Assembly: GCF_050729455.1 (NCBI RefSeq)
Contig: NZ_JBOHLI010000007.1
Coordinates: forward strand, 684-64,683
Length of the DNA stretch: 64,000 nt
DNA from: Brevundimonas sp.
GTDB taxonomy: Bacteria > Pseudomonadota > Alphaproteobacteria > Caulobacterales > Caulobacteraceae
Reading direction: 5' to 3'
Of the stretch, positions 42,217 through 50,642 are shown piece after piece; the first letter of the stretch is position 1, and the number at the start of each line of letters is the position of its first letter. A program made the position numbers and the translations under genes. The notes under the pieces are model-generated. The model ran no database searches. It saw nothing but the letters and a program-made list of their open reading frames with translations, and was not told where the DNA came from.

Positions 42217-44276
42217 CAGTAGGCCAGCCGCAGGCCGACGAAGACGGAGCGTCCCTCGCCGGGGAAGAAGCTGGCGGTGGAAGCGGTGGCGATCGTCGCG
42301 GCCGAGAACTCCCCGACGTAGCGTTCGTTCGTCAGATTGCGCGCATCGACATAGACCGAGGTGTTCGTTCCGATGTTGAACCCGCCTGCCAGGCCCAGAA
42401 CGGCATAGTCCGGGGCCTTCGTCGTGTTGGCGTAGTCGACGTAGGGGCTGCTGATCCGCCATTCGACCGAGGGGGTGACGAAGACGCCCGACGGATGGCG
42501 CCAGGTCAGCTCGGTCCGGTACTGATGCTCAGGCACGACCGGCAGGCGATTGTCGCCCCAGCGCGCGTCGCCGTCGAAGCGGAAGTCGCTCCAGTTGTAG
42601 GTCTGGCGCAGCATCAGCGAGCCGTCCGCCAACTCGATCGGCAGGGTCCAGTCCAGCCCGGCCTCGATGCCTTGGTGGATCGTCCAGTCGGCGTTGAAGG
42701 TCGCCGCCGGAATGTCCGGCCCGACGATGAAGTTGAGGATCTCGCCGTCGATCTGGCTGCGATAGGCCGTCAGGTCCCAGGCGAAGGGGCCATGCCGCCC
42801 GCGCGTGCCGATCTCGGCGGTCCAGGCGTCCTGAACCTGAACGGGGGTGAAGCCGGTCAGCGGCGCCTGCACCAGAGCGCCATAGGTCGGAGGTTCGACC
42901 GAGCGGGTGACGTTGGCGAAGACCTGAGCCCCGCTCTGGGCCTCCCACAGCAGGCCCAGACGCGGCGAGAACCAGTCGTAGTCGATGCTGTCGTCATTGG
43001 CCGGGTTCAGCCGGTCGGCATAGTCGCGCGTGGCCCGGCCCCATGACCCGCCCGCGACCAACGCCAGCCGGTCGGTGACGAACAACCGCCCCTCGGCGAA
43101 GACGTCGAGGCCCGAGGCCTGCTGTCGGGCGTCCGCCGTCCTGGCCCCCGGCAAGCCGCTCAGGTTGAGGTAGCGCAGGGCCTCGACCTCTCCGTCCCGC
43201 CACGAAAGGCCGTAGAAGGCGTCGGCGCGCAGGCCCGCGACCTGACCGGTCCAGTCAATGCGGCCAAAGGCGCCGCGCGTGGCGCTGTCCTGATCCATGA
43301 CCTGAAAGATCGGGTGATAGAGGGACTTCTCCCAGCCCCAGACGGCGCCCTCGAACAGGGTGGCCTCGTTGAAGCGCCAGCGGGTCTGCAGCGTCAGCCG
43401 CTTCACCGTCAGGTCGCGGGCCTGATCGCCGGACAGAGCCGAGGCGGAGGCCATGCGTGGGGTCTCCAGCGCCTGTTTCAGCGTCAGCGAGCCGGGCAGG
43501 TCCTGCTTGATGTCCGCCGCCTGGGCGATCAGGCGCACCTCGCGATCCTGACCGAATGAGCGCCCGGCGTTGACGGTCAGGCGGCCCTGCGACTGCTGGC
43601 TATGATCGCGCCAACCGTCGCTCTGCATTCCCGTGACAGCGGCATAGACGTCCCAGTCGCCGTGGGTTCGCGCCACGGCGGCGTGGCCGCGCACGGAGCC
43701 GAAACTGCCCCCCTCCAGCTGCCACAGGTTCTCCTGCCGGGCCGTGCGGCCGGTCGGCGTCACCAGATTGATCGCCCCGCCCAGCTGGGCCTCGCCAAAG
43801 CGCAGGGTGTTCGACCCCTTCCACACTTCGATGTAGCGGGCGCTCAGGGCGTCCACGCCCTGAAAGTCGGAAAAGCCGTCGGCGTCGGCGAAGGGCACGC
43901 CGTCCTGAGCCAGCAGGACGCCGCGCTGGTGGAAGCCTTGGGCGATGCCCGAGCCGCGAATGGAGAGGCGGCTTTCCTCGCCGTAGCGCTTTTGGGCCAG
44001 AACGCCGGGGACGTTCCTCAGGGTGTCGGAAAAGCCCTGGGCGAAGCGGTCGGCATAGCTCTCGGCCGAGACGACGGCGACGGCGCCCGGGGTGCGGCTG
44101 AGACGGTCGCGCGCCTCGGCCACGACGGCGGGGTCCTCGGCGTTGCGGCGGCCGGTGACGATGATGCTGTCGACGACGGCGGTCGGGCCGTAAGCTTCGG
44201 AAGCAAGGGCGAAGGTCGGCGCCAGGCAGGCGCCGATGAGCAGCGCGCACGGCGCCGCGGTGGTCTTGAAAGACAT
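42216..44276 (-). CDS. TonB-dependent receptor in a copper-type operon context
   Basis: Signal MSFKTTAAPCALLIGACLAPTFALA. TonB-box-like DSIIVTGRR, plug motifs, terminal ...FVGLRLAY. Confidence 0.88.
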   Translation of the reverse strand: MSFKTTAAPCALLIGACLAPTFALASEAYGPTAVVDSIIVTGRRNAEDPAVVAEARDRLSRTPGAVAVVSAESYADRFAQGFSDTLRNVPGVLAQKRYGEESRLSIRGSGIAQGFHQRGVLLAQDGVPFADADGFSDFQGVDALSARYIEVWKGSNTLRFGEAQLGGAINLVTPTGRTARQENLWQLEGGSFGSVRGHAAVARTHGDWDVYAAVTGMQSDGWRDHSQQSQGRLTVNAGRSFGQDREVRLIAQAADIKQDLPGSLTLKQALETPRMASASALSGDQARDLTVKRLTLQTRWRFNEATLFEGAVWGWEKSLYHPIFQVMDQDSATRGAFGRIDWTGQVAGLRADAFYGLSWRDGEVEALRYLNLSGLPGARTADARQQASGLDVFAEGRLFVTDRLALVAGGSWGRATRDYADRLNPANDDSIDYDWFSPRLGLLWEAQSGAQVFANVTRSVEPPTYGALVQAPLTGFTPVQVQDAWTAEIGTRGRHGPFAWDLTAYRSQIDGEILNFIVGPDIPAATFNADWTIHQGIEAGLDWTLPIELADGSLMLRQTYNWSDFRFDGDARWGDNRLPVVPEHQYRTELTWRHPSGVFVTPSVEWRISSPYVDYANTTKAPDYAVLGLAGGFNIGTNTSVYVDARNLTNERYVGEFSAATIATASTASFFPGEGRSVFVGLRLAY

Positions 44277-44356
44277 GGAAAGCAGTCCTGAAAAACAGAG
44301 GTGCGGTCGCGGGCGTCGTCATTCGACGCGCGCGAGGGGGCAGAGGGGTCTGGTTT

Positions 44357-44743
44357 TCAGGCTTGAGGCGGGGCGGTGGACGGCGGGCGCGGCGGGGCGC
44401 GGGCCGGCGGCGGGGGGCTGACGCGGAAGGGCGTATAGGCGACCGGCGCGACCATGCGGACGGCCGGGGCGGGCGTCGGCGCGGGCGGTTCCGGCAGGGC
44501 GGCCAGCAGGGGCATGACGCAGGCCGCGCACCTGGCCCCGACGTGCGTGTTGACGGGGCCGTCGACGCCGCCGGACTGGATCGTCTGCGGCCCTTCGGCC
44601 GAGCAGATGACGATAGGCTGGCCGGGGACCGAGGCCGCCAGGGCCGCGAACGGCAGCAGGGTTCCGATCACGATGGCGAACGTCGCGGCCAGGAAGGCCA
44701 GCGAGCGCGTCATCGACCAGTTTTCACTTTGGGACCGGGTCAC
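44357..44743 (-). CDS. DUF2946-like small protein (Cys-containing, Pro-rich tail)
   Basis: TM/signal LAFLAATFAIVIGTLLPFAALAA, then ICSAEG...HVGARCAACVMPL. First gene of the receptor operon. Start may be internal ATG 44713. Confidence 0.6.
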   Translation of the reverse strand: MTRSQSENWSMTRSLAFLAATFAIVIGTLLPFAALAASVPGQPIVICSAEGPQTIQSGGVDGPVNTHVGARCAACVMPLLAALPEPPAPTPAPAVRMVAPVAYTPFRVSPPPPARAPPRPPSTAPPQA

Positions 44744-44858
44744 GGCCGCGCTTTAGCCGCTTCGGCCGGGCGTCGCCAGCGTGACCGTGCGCCGCAAGGC
44801 TCGACAGACGCCTGAATCCCGTGCGAGCGTCGCCGTAGGACAACCTCGGGGCAGACTC

Positions 44859-46271
44859 ATGATCCGCGCACTCGGACCCTTCGCCGTCGCCATGCTGCTG
44901 GCCGCGCCCGTCTTGCCTTCACAAGCGATGGCGCAACAGGTGGAGGAGGGGCCGGGCGGTCCCGACCGCGTCTCCCTGACCGTCTATAATCAGAACATCG
45001 CCCTGGTGGAGGACGTGCGGAACCTGAACGTGCCCGCCGGTCGCTCGCGTCAGGAGTTTCCGGGCGTATCCGCCAGCATCCGGCCCGAGACGGTCGGCCT
45101 GTCGGGGCGCGGCCTGTCGGTGGTCGAGCAGAACTTCGACTACGACCTGCTGACGCCCGGCAAGCTGATGGAAAGCGCCGTGGGCGGCGACATCGGCATC
45201 GTTCGCACCAATCCCGGCTCGGGCGCCCAGACCACCGAGCGCGCCCGTGTCCTGGCGGCGAATCAGGGCGTGGTGCTGCAGATCGGAAACCGCATCGAGG
45301 TTCTGCGCGACGACGGCGTGCCGACCCGCGTCATCTTCGACCGGGTGCCCCAGAATCTGCGCCCGCGCCCGACGCTCAGCGTCACTCTGGACGCCCAGGG
45401 CGGCGGCCGCCGCGAGACGACGCTTTCCTATCTGACCACCGGCCTGGCGTGGAAAGCCGACTATGTCGCCCGCTTCGACGAGAAGGCGGGCAAGCTGGAC
45501 CTGACCGGCTGGGTGACGATCACCAACGACTCGGGCGCGACCTTCTCCAACGCCCAGACGCGGGTGGTGGCGGGCGACATCAACCTGCTCAATCAGGGCT
45601 ACAATTCCTACAGCCGCCCGACGCGCGGCAACGGCACCCAGACCGGCGGCGAGGGCGCCCTGGCCGACGTCTATGTCTATCCGCTGCCTGAGGCTGTCAC
45701 CGTCGCCAACAACCAGACCAAGCAGGTCGGCTTGATCGACGCGGCGGGCGTGCCCGCAAGCAAGCGCTATCTGAACGTCTTCAACGGCTTCTCCACCGCC
45801 GAGGAACCGATCGCGGCCGAGGTGGGCGTCATCTTCGCCAACGGCTCGGGCAGCGCCGCCCGCGCCCTGCCGGCGGGCGTCATGCGCGTCTATGTGAAGG
45901 ACGAGGCGGGGGAGCCGCGCTTCATCGGCGAGGATCAGGTCGATCACTCGCCCGCCGGGTCCGAGATCGTGGTCACGACCGGCGACGCCTTTGACGTGAC
46001 GGTGCAGCCGCGTCTGGTCTCGTCCGAGCGGGTGTCGAAGCGACTCGTGGACTATTTCCGTACCCGCTATGCGATGGAATACACCGTCCGCAACGCCCGG
46101 CCCGAGCCGGTGACGGTCGAGGTGCGCCAACGCGGTCTGGGCCGGGACACCGAACTGAGCGAGCAGAGCATCGAGGGCGAGATGCGCGACGCCCGCACCG
46201 TCGTCTGGCGCGTGCCTGTGCCCGCCAACGGCGAGACCAAGCTGACCGCGACCATCACCACGGGCGGCTGA
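44859..46271 (+). CDS. Secreted DUF4139-family protein (paralogue 1)
   Basis: Signal MIRALGPFAVAMLLAAPVLPSQAMA. VSLTVYNQNIALVEDVR...TLSYLTTGLAWKADYVARFDEKAGKLDLTGWVTITNDSGATFSNAQTRVVAGDINL. Confidence 0.82.
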   Translation: MIRALGPFAVAMLLAAPVLPSQAMAQQVEEGPGGPDRVSLTVYNQNIALVEDVRNLNVPAGRSRQEFPGVSASIRPETVGLSGRGLSVVEQNFDYDLLTPGKLMESAVGGDIGIVRTNPGSGAQTTERARVLAANQGVVLQIGNRIEVLRDDGVPTRVIFDRVPQNLRPRPTLSVTLDAQGGGRRETTLSYLTTGLAWKADYVARFDEKAGKLDLTGWVTITNDSGATFSNAQTRVVAGDINLLNQGYNSYSRPTRGNGTQTGGEGALADVYVYPLPEAVTVANNQTKQVGLIDAAGVPASKRYLNVFNGFSTAEEPIAAEVGVIFANGSGSAARALPAGVMRVYVKDEAGEPRFIGEDQVDHSPAGSEIVVTTGDAFDVTVQPRLVSSERVSKRLVDYFRTRYAMEYTVRNARPEPVTVEVRQRGLGRDTELSEQSIEGEMRDARTVVWRVPVPANGETKLTATITTGG

Positions 46272-46275
46272 TCCC

Positions 46276-47880
46276 ATGCGCCGCCTGTTGGCGATCACCA
46301 CGGCCCTCAGCCTCGTCGCGCCCACCGCCTGGGCGCAGTCCGAGAGCGTTTCCGCGCGCCCTAACACGGCGACCGTGGTCATCTATCGCGACCAGCCGGT
46401 CGATACCGTGCAACTGATGGAGCAGTCGCGTCAGTCGTGGAACCGGCTGGACCGCGAGGGTCTGGCCCTTATCGTCGAGACGCGCACGGTCGACCTGCCA
46501 GCGGGCGAGGGGATCATCCGCTTTCGCGGCCTGGCCACCGGCGTGGTGCCGCAGAGCGCGGTGCTGGAGGGCCTGCCCGCCCATGTGGTCGAGCGCAACG
46601 CCGACTTCGACCTGCTGTCGCCCGCCAGCCTGATGGAGAAGTCGGTGGGCGAGGTGGTGCGCGTCGTCCGCACCAACCCGGCGACCGGCGAACAGGTCGA
46701 GAAAGCCGCTGTCATCCGCGCGGGGGCGCGAGGCACGGTGCTGGAGATCGACGGCCGGTTCGAGGCTCTGGACTGCTCGGGCCAGACCGAGCGCGTCATC
46801 TTCGACCGCGTGCCCGAGGGGCTGGGCGATCAGCCGGTGCTGTCGGTCCGCACGCGGGCCGGGCGGGCCGGGCGCCACACCGTCACCCTGGCCTATCTGG
46901 CGACGGGGCTGCAGTGGTCGGCCGACTATGTGGCGCGGCTGGATCCGTCGGACGGGACGCTGGACCTGACCGGCTGGCTGACCCTGGCCAATTTCGGCGG
47001 CACGGGCTTCCCCGACGCTCCGGTTCAGGTGGTCGCGGGGACGCTGAGGAAGGAGGCGGGCACCGTGCCGGTCGAGCCGCTGGTCCGCTATCAGCAAAAC
47101 GGCTGCTGGCCGCAGGGGACGACGACCTTCGGCTCCGAAGAGCATGAGACCTATGGAGGGCCGCCCCCACCGCCGCCTCCGCCTCCGCCTCCGCCGCCCG
47201 CCCCCATGGCCATGGCGCGCTCCGAGGTTCAGGACATTGTCGTCACCGGCAGCCGCATCGCCCGGCAGGGCGAGCTGGGCGACTACAAGATCTACACCCT
47301 GCCGGGACCGACGACGGTCGCCGCGCGTCAGACCAAGCAGGTGCGCTTCCTGGAGCGCGAGGGCGTGGCCTATGAGCGGGTCTATCGGGCGAACGTGCTC
47401 GATCAGGACGATGAGTCGCGGCCGACGGTGATCGTTCTCAAGCTGAAGAATGAGGAAGCCGCCGGTCTCGGCGTCGCCCTGCCGGGCGGTTCGGTGGCGG
47501 TGATGCAGCCGGACGGATCGGGCGGCGTCATGTTGGCCGGTCAGGACCGGTTTGTGGACAAGGGCGTCGGCCTGTCGGTGCGTCTCGGCTTTGGCGAATC
47601 GCCGGACGTTCGGGTGCAGACGCGGCTGGTGAAGTCGGGCCGCACGACGCGCGGCGCGGTGACGACGGAACGCACCGAGATCGAGACCACGGTCACCAAC
47701 GCCCGGTCGGAGCCCGTGACGGTGGAACTGGGCGCCAGCGCCGCCATGCAGCGTGGCTTCCGCATCCGCAGCCAGTCGGCGCGCAGTCGCATCGACGACA
47801 CGGGCTACCCGGTCTGGACCCTGACGGTCCCAGCGAACGGGGCGACGACCTTGAACGCGGTGTGGACGACGACGGATTGA
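46276..47880 (+). CDS. Secreted DUF4139-family protein (paralogue 2) with a poly-proline / TonB-box-like insertion
   Basis: Signal MRRLLAITTALSLVAPTAWA. TLAYLATGLQWSADYVARLDPSDGTLDLTGWLTLANFGG. 13 consecutive Pro codons at 47161-47199, then DIVVTGSRI at 47233-47259. Confidence 0.82.
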   Translation: MRRLLAITTALSLVAPTAWAQSESVSARPNTATVVIYRDQPVDTVQLMEQSRQSWNRLDREGLALIVETRTVDLPAGEGIIRFRGLATGVVPQSAVLEGLPAHVVERNADFDLLSPASLMEKSVGEVVRVVRTNPATGEQVEKAAVIRAGARGTVLEIDGRFEALDCSGQTERVIFDRVPEGLGDQPVLSVRTRAGRAGRHTVTLAYLATGLQWSADYVARLDPSDGTLDLTGWLTLANFGGTGFPDAPVQVVAGTLRKEAGTVPVEPLVRYQQNGCWPQGTTTFGSEEHETYGGPPPPPPPPPPPPPAPMAMARSEVQDIVVTGSRIARQGELGDYKIYTLPGPTTVAARQTKQVRFLEREGVAYERVYRANVLDQDDESRPTVIVLKLKNEEAAGLGVALPGGSVAVMQPDGSGGVMLAGQDRFVDKGVGLSVRLGFGESPDVRVQTRLVKSGRTTRGAVTTERTEIETTVTNARSEPVTVELGASAAMQRGFRIRSQSARSRIDDTGYPVWTLTVPANGATTLNAVWTTTD

Positions 47881-48024
47881 AGCGGCTTCTTTCCTCCCCA
47901 TTCCATGGGGAGGTGGCGCGGAGCCGAAGGCGACGTAAGGAGGGGGCGACTCGACGGCGGACGTTTGCGCTGCCCTCCACCGCTACGCGGTCCCCCTCCC
48001 CACAAGTGGTTAGGAAAGCAGGAG
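47881..48024. repeat. Palindromic intergenic repeat, same family as 40142-40342
   Basis: Hairpin CCTCCCC-ATTCCAT-GGGGAGG (47893-47913). The 13-mer GAGCCGAAGGCGA (47921-47933) is identical to the reverse complement of 40296-40308. Long-range pairing AGGAGGGGG / CCCCCTCC. Confidence 0.7.
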
Positions 48025-48630
48025 TTACTCCCCCCGCGCCGCCTGCCTGGGGCTGAATTTCGGCGCCGGGGCCAGGCGCATGACCTCGCCCTGATAGCGT
48101 TCGTCGTCGCCGGAAACCGCGAAGGGCAGGGCGTCGGCGCAGGCCTGCAGCATGGCGTCCAGCCAGGGCTTGTCGGCCTTGTGGAAATCGCCCAGGACGT
48201 GGGCGTGGACCAACTGCGGCTCGCCAGGGTGGCCGATGCCCATACGGGCGCGGCGGAAGTCGGCGCCGATATGGCTGATCAGGCTGCGGACGCCGTTCTG
48301 GCCCGCGGCGCCGCCGCCGGTCTTCATGCGGAAACGACCGGGGGCCAGGTCGATCTCGTCGTGGAACACGATGATCTCGCTGGGTTTGATCTTGTAGAAG
48401 CGCGCCGCCTCGCCGACGGCTCGACCGCTGTCGTTCATATAGGTCTGGGGCTTCATCAGCAGGACCTTGGTCCCCTCGACCTCGCCTTCGCTGACGACGG
48501 ACTGGAACTTGGCCCGCGCGGGGCCGAAGCGCCAGCGGCTGGCGATCTCGTCTACGGCCATGAAACCGATGTTGTGGCGGTTCTTTTCGTATTTGGCGCC
48601 CGGATTGCCGAGCCCTGCGATGATGATCAT
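48025..48630 (-). CDS. pth: Peptidyl-tRNA hydrolase
   Basis: MIIIAGLGNPGAKYEKNRHNIGFMAVDEIA... Confidence 0.95.
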   Translation of the reverse strand: MIIIAGLGNPGAKYEKNRHNIGFMAVDEIASRWRFGPARAKFQSVVSEGEVEGTKVLLMKPQTYMNDSGRAVGEAARFYKIKPSEIIVFHDEIDLAPGRFRMKTGGGAAGQNGVRSLISHIGADFRRARMGIGHPGEPQLVHAHVLGDFHKADKPWLDAMLQACADALPFAVSGDDERYQGEVMRLAPAPKFSPRQAARGE

Positions 48631-48654
48631 GCGGCTCTCATGCCCTGTGCCTCG

Positions 48655-48693
48655 GGCAAAGAAAAGCCCCGCGCCGGCGAACCGGGCGGGGCT
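48655..48693 (-). terminator. Rho-independent terminator/attenuator between rplY and pth
   Basis: The minus strand reads AGCCCCGCCCGG-TTCG-CCGGCGCGGGGCT followed by TTTCTTTG. Confidence 0.6.
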
Positions 48694-48759
48694 GAAATCT
48701 TGGCGTCTTCCCTCAAGTAGCTTCGCGCCGAGCGCGAAGCGATAGGGAAAGAATGCCTC

Positions 48760-49368
48760 TTAGGCTTCGGCTTCAGCGGTGGTGTCACCGGCGTCCGACT
48801 GCGAGGCAGCCGAGTTCTTGATCGTGGCGATCACGAAGTCGCGGTCGGTGATGGTCGCCGAGGCGCCCTTCGGCAGGGCGATGTCCGACATGCGGATGGT
48901 TTCGCCGATTTCGCGGCCCTTCAGGTCCACGACCAGCTCTTCGGGGATCTGGTCGGCGGCGACCAGGATCTCGACCGAGTGACGGACGACTTCCAGCATG
49001 CCGCCGGCGCGCGTGAAGGGGGCTTCGTCAGCGTTCTTGAAGTGAACGGCGATCTCGATCTTGATCGGAGCCTTGGCGTCGACGCGCATCAGGTCGAAGT
49101 GCAGCGGACGGTCCGAAACCGGGTCGAACTGAACGGTCTTGGCGATGACCGGCTGGGTCTCTTCGCCGTACTTCAGGGTCACCAGGTGGCCCAGCAGCTT
49201 GCCGGTGTAGAGGGACTTGCGGAAGTCCTTCTCGTTCACCGAGATCGCGACGGGGGCCTTGTCGCCGCCGTACAGGATGCCAGGCACGGCGCCCGAGCGA
49301 CGAACAGCACGTGCGCTGCCGGTGCCCACGCCTTCACGGACGTCAACGTTCAGAATGATCTCGGCCAT
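48760..49368 (-). CDS. rplY: 50S ribosomal protein L25 / general stress protein Ctc
   Basis: MAEIILNVDVREGVGTGSARAVRRSGAVPGILYGG... Confidence 0.93.
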   Translation of the reverse strand: MAEIILNVDVREGVGTGSARAVRRSGAVPGILYGGDKAPVAISVNEKDFRKSLYTGKLLGHLVTLKYGEETQPVIAKTVQFDPVSDRPLHFDLMRVDAKAPIKIEIAVHFKNADEAPFTRAGGMLEVVRHSVEILVAADQIPEELVVDLKGREIGETIRMSDIALPKGASATITDRDFVIATIKNSAASQSDAGDTTAEAEA

Positions 49369-49513
49369 CGGGCTCGCCTCAATAACAACAGTAACGCCGC
49401 GCCAACCAGGGCCCGCGCAGCGGGGTCATGAACCCTCGAATTCAAGAGCGCGGGCTATTACACGGATCAGGGGGAGGACGCAACCGCCCCGGTCGTTTCA
49501 GCCCGCCTCGGCG

Positions 49514-50548
49514 TCAGTTCATGCCGCTTCCCGGAGTGGGATTGGTCTCGGCGATGGCCACGACCGGCGTCGCCGGGGGCGCTATGGGCCCGGTGTACTG
49601 GGCCGTGCAGGTCGCCAGATCGCGCACGATGTGACGGCCGGCGCAGAACATGTCCTCATAGCTGGGACGCGACGCCGCCAGGCACTGGAACAGCATCAGC
49701 CTGGACATATTGGTGCAGAACTCGTTGTTCGATTCGGTCGACAGGGCGTCGGTGTTCGTCTTGGCGTCCTCGCCAGCGGCGCCCAGGGCGGCCAGGGCCG
49801 CGATGGCCAACGAGTTGACGACGGCGGGGGTGAAGGGCGCGCCGCGCTGCGCCGGCGTCAGATTCAGTCCCGAGCCGCTGTGGGCGGCGGCGAACAGGCG
49901 GGCGCTTTCCTCGGCCGAGGGCAGTTGCGCCACCGACCGGGTCTTGGCCCCTTCCAGTCGACCTGCGCGGTCGGCCACGGGCTGGACGGCCCAGCGGCGA
50001 CGCGGGTCGCGGCGTTCCTGAATCGTATAGGCGTCGCCTTCCACCGCCTCGGCGATGGCGGTCAGGGCCTCGATGTCCTTGCCCATGGTCGAGACGATCA
50101 GTCCGGCCGCGGCCTCGGCGCCGGGCAGGGTGGCGGCGTAGGCCGGGTCGGCGATGATGCTGGCGATCATGCGCTGACGCTGGGCCGGGTCCGCGCCGAA
50201 CTGGCGCACGCCGGCGACATACTCGGGCGATTGCAGGGCCAGGATCGAGCCGTAGGCGATCATGCCCCGCGACAGCTGCGCCGCATCGGAAGCGGACCCG
50301 GTCCGCAGGGCCGCCTGGATCGATTCCGCGTCGGGGAAGCCGGCCTTGATGGAGCCGACCTGGCGCACATAGGCCACATAGACCGACGCCGCATGGGCCA
50401 CGCTTTCGTTCAGGCTGACCGCCGGGGGCGGCGAGACGACCGGGGGCGGCGCGGGCGGCGCCGGTTCCGGCGTCGAACAGCCGGCCAGAACGGCGGCGGC
50501 GGCGATGGCGGTGACGGACAGGCCGCGGCGCATTGAGGCCAGGGACAT
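49514..50548 (-). CDS. Hypothetical lipoprotein
   Basis: Lipobox AVLAGC, then a Pro-rich linker. Cys-containing C-terminus (FCTNMSRLMLFQCL...FCAGRHIVRDLATC). I recognise no family. Confidence 0.65.
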   Translation of the reverse strand: MSLASMRRGLSVTAIAAAAVLAGCSTPEPAPPAPPPVVSPPPAVSLNESVAHAASVYVAYVRQVGSIKAGFPDAESIQAALRTGSASDAAQLSRGMIAYGSILALQSPEYVAGVRQFGADPAQRQRMIASIIADPAYAATLPGAEAAAGLIVSTMGKDIEALTAIAEAVEGDAYTIQERRDPRRRWAVQPVADRAGRLEGAKTRSVAQLPSAEESARLFAAAHSGSGLNLTPAQRGAPFTPAVVNSLAIAALAALGAAGEDAKTNTDALSTESNNEFCTNMSRLMLFQCLAASRPSYEDMFCAGRHIVRDLATCTAQYTGPIAPPATPVVAIAETNPTPGSGMN

Positions 50549-50642
50549 CGGCGAGCTTCCCTCGTATCGGACGCGGGACGCACTGAAGCGCGTCCCTGGA
50601 ACTGAAGCGACTTATATCGCCGAGGGAATGGTTATTCGAAGA

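Noticed and set aside
47161-47199. The CCG/CCT-rich repeat DNA, and the similar G/C repeats at 9826-10032, as a possible tandem repeat or CRISPR-like array.
   Set aside because: Both are in-frame coding low-complexity tracts (poly-Pro, Gly/Pro). There is no repeat-spacer periodicity, and no CRISPR array or cas genes anywhere in the window.
41149-47901. ORFs 41149-42222 (+), 42204-43046 (+), 43602-44291 (+), 44919-46382 (-) and 46255-47901 (-).
   Set aside because: They are antisense to the PepSY, receptor and DUF4139 genes. They are shadow ORFs.
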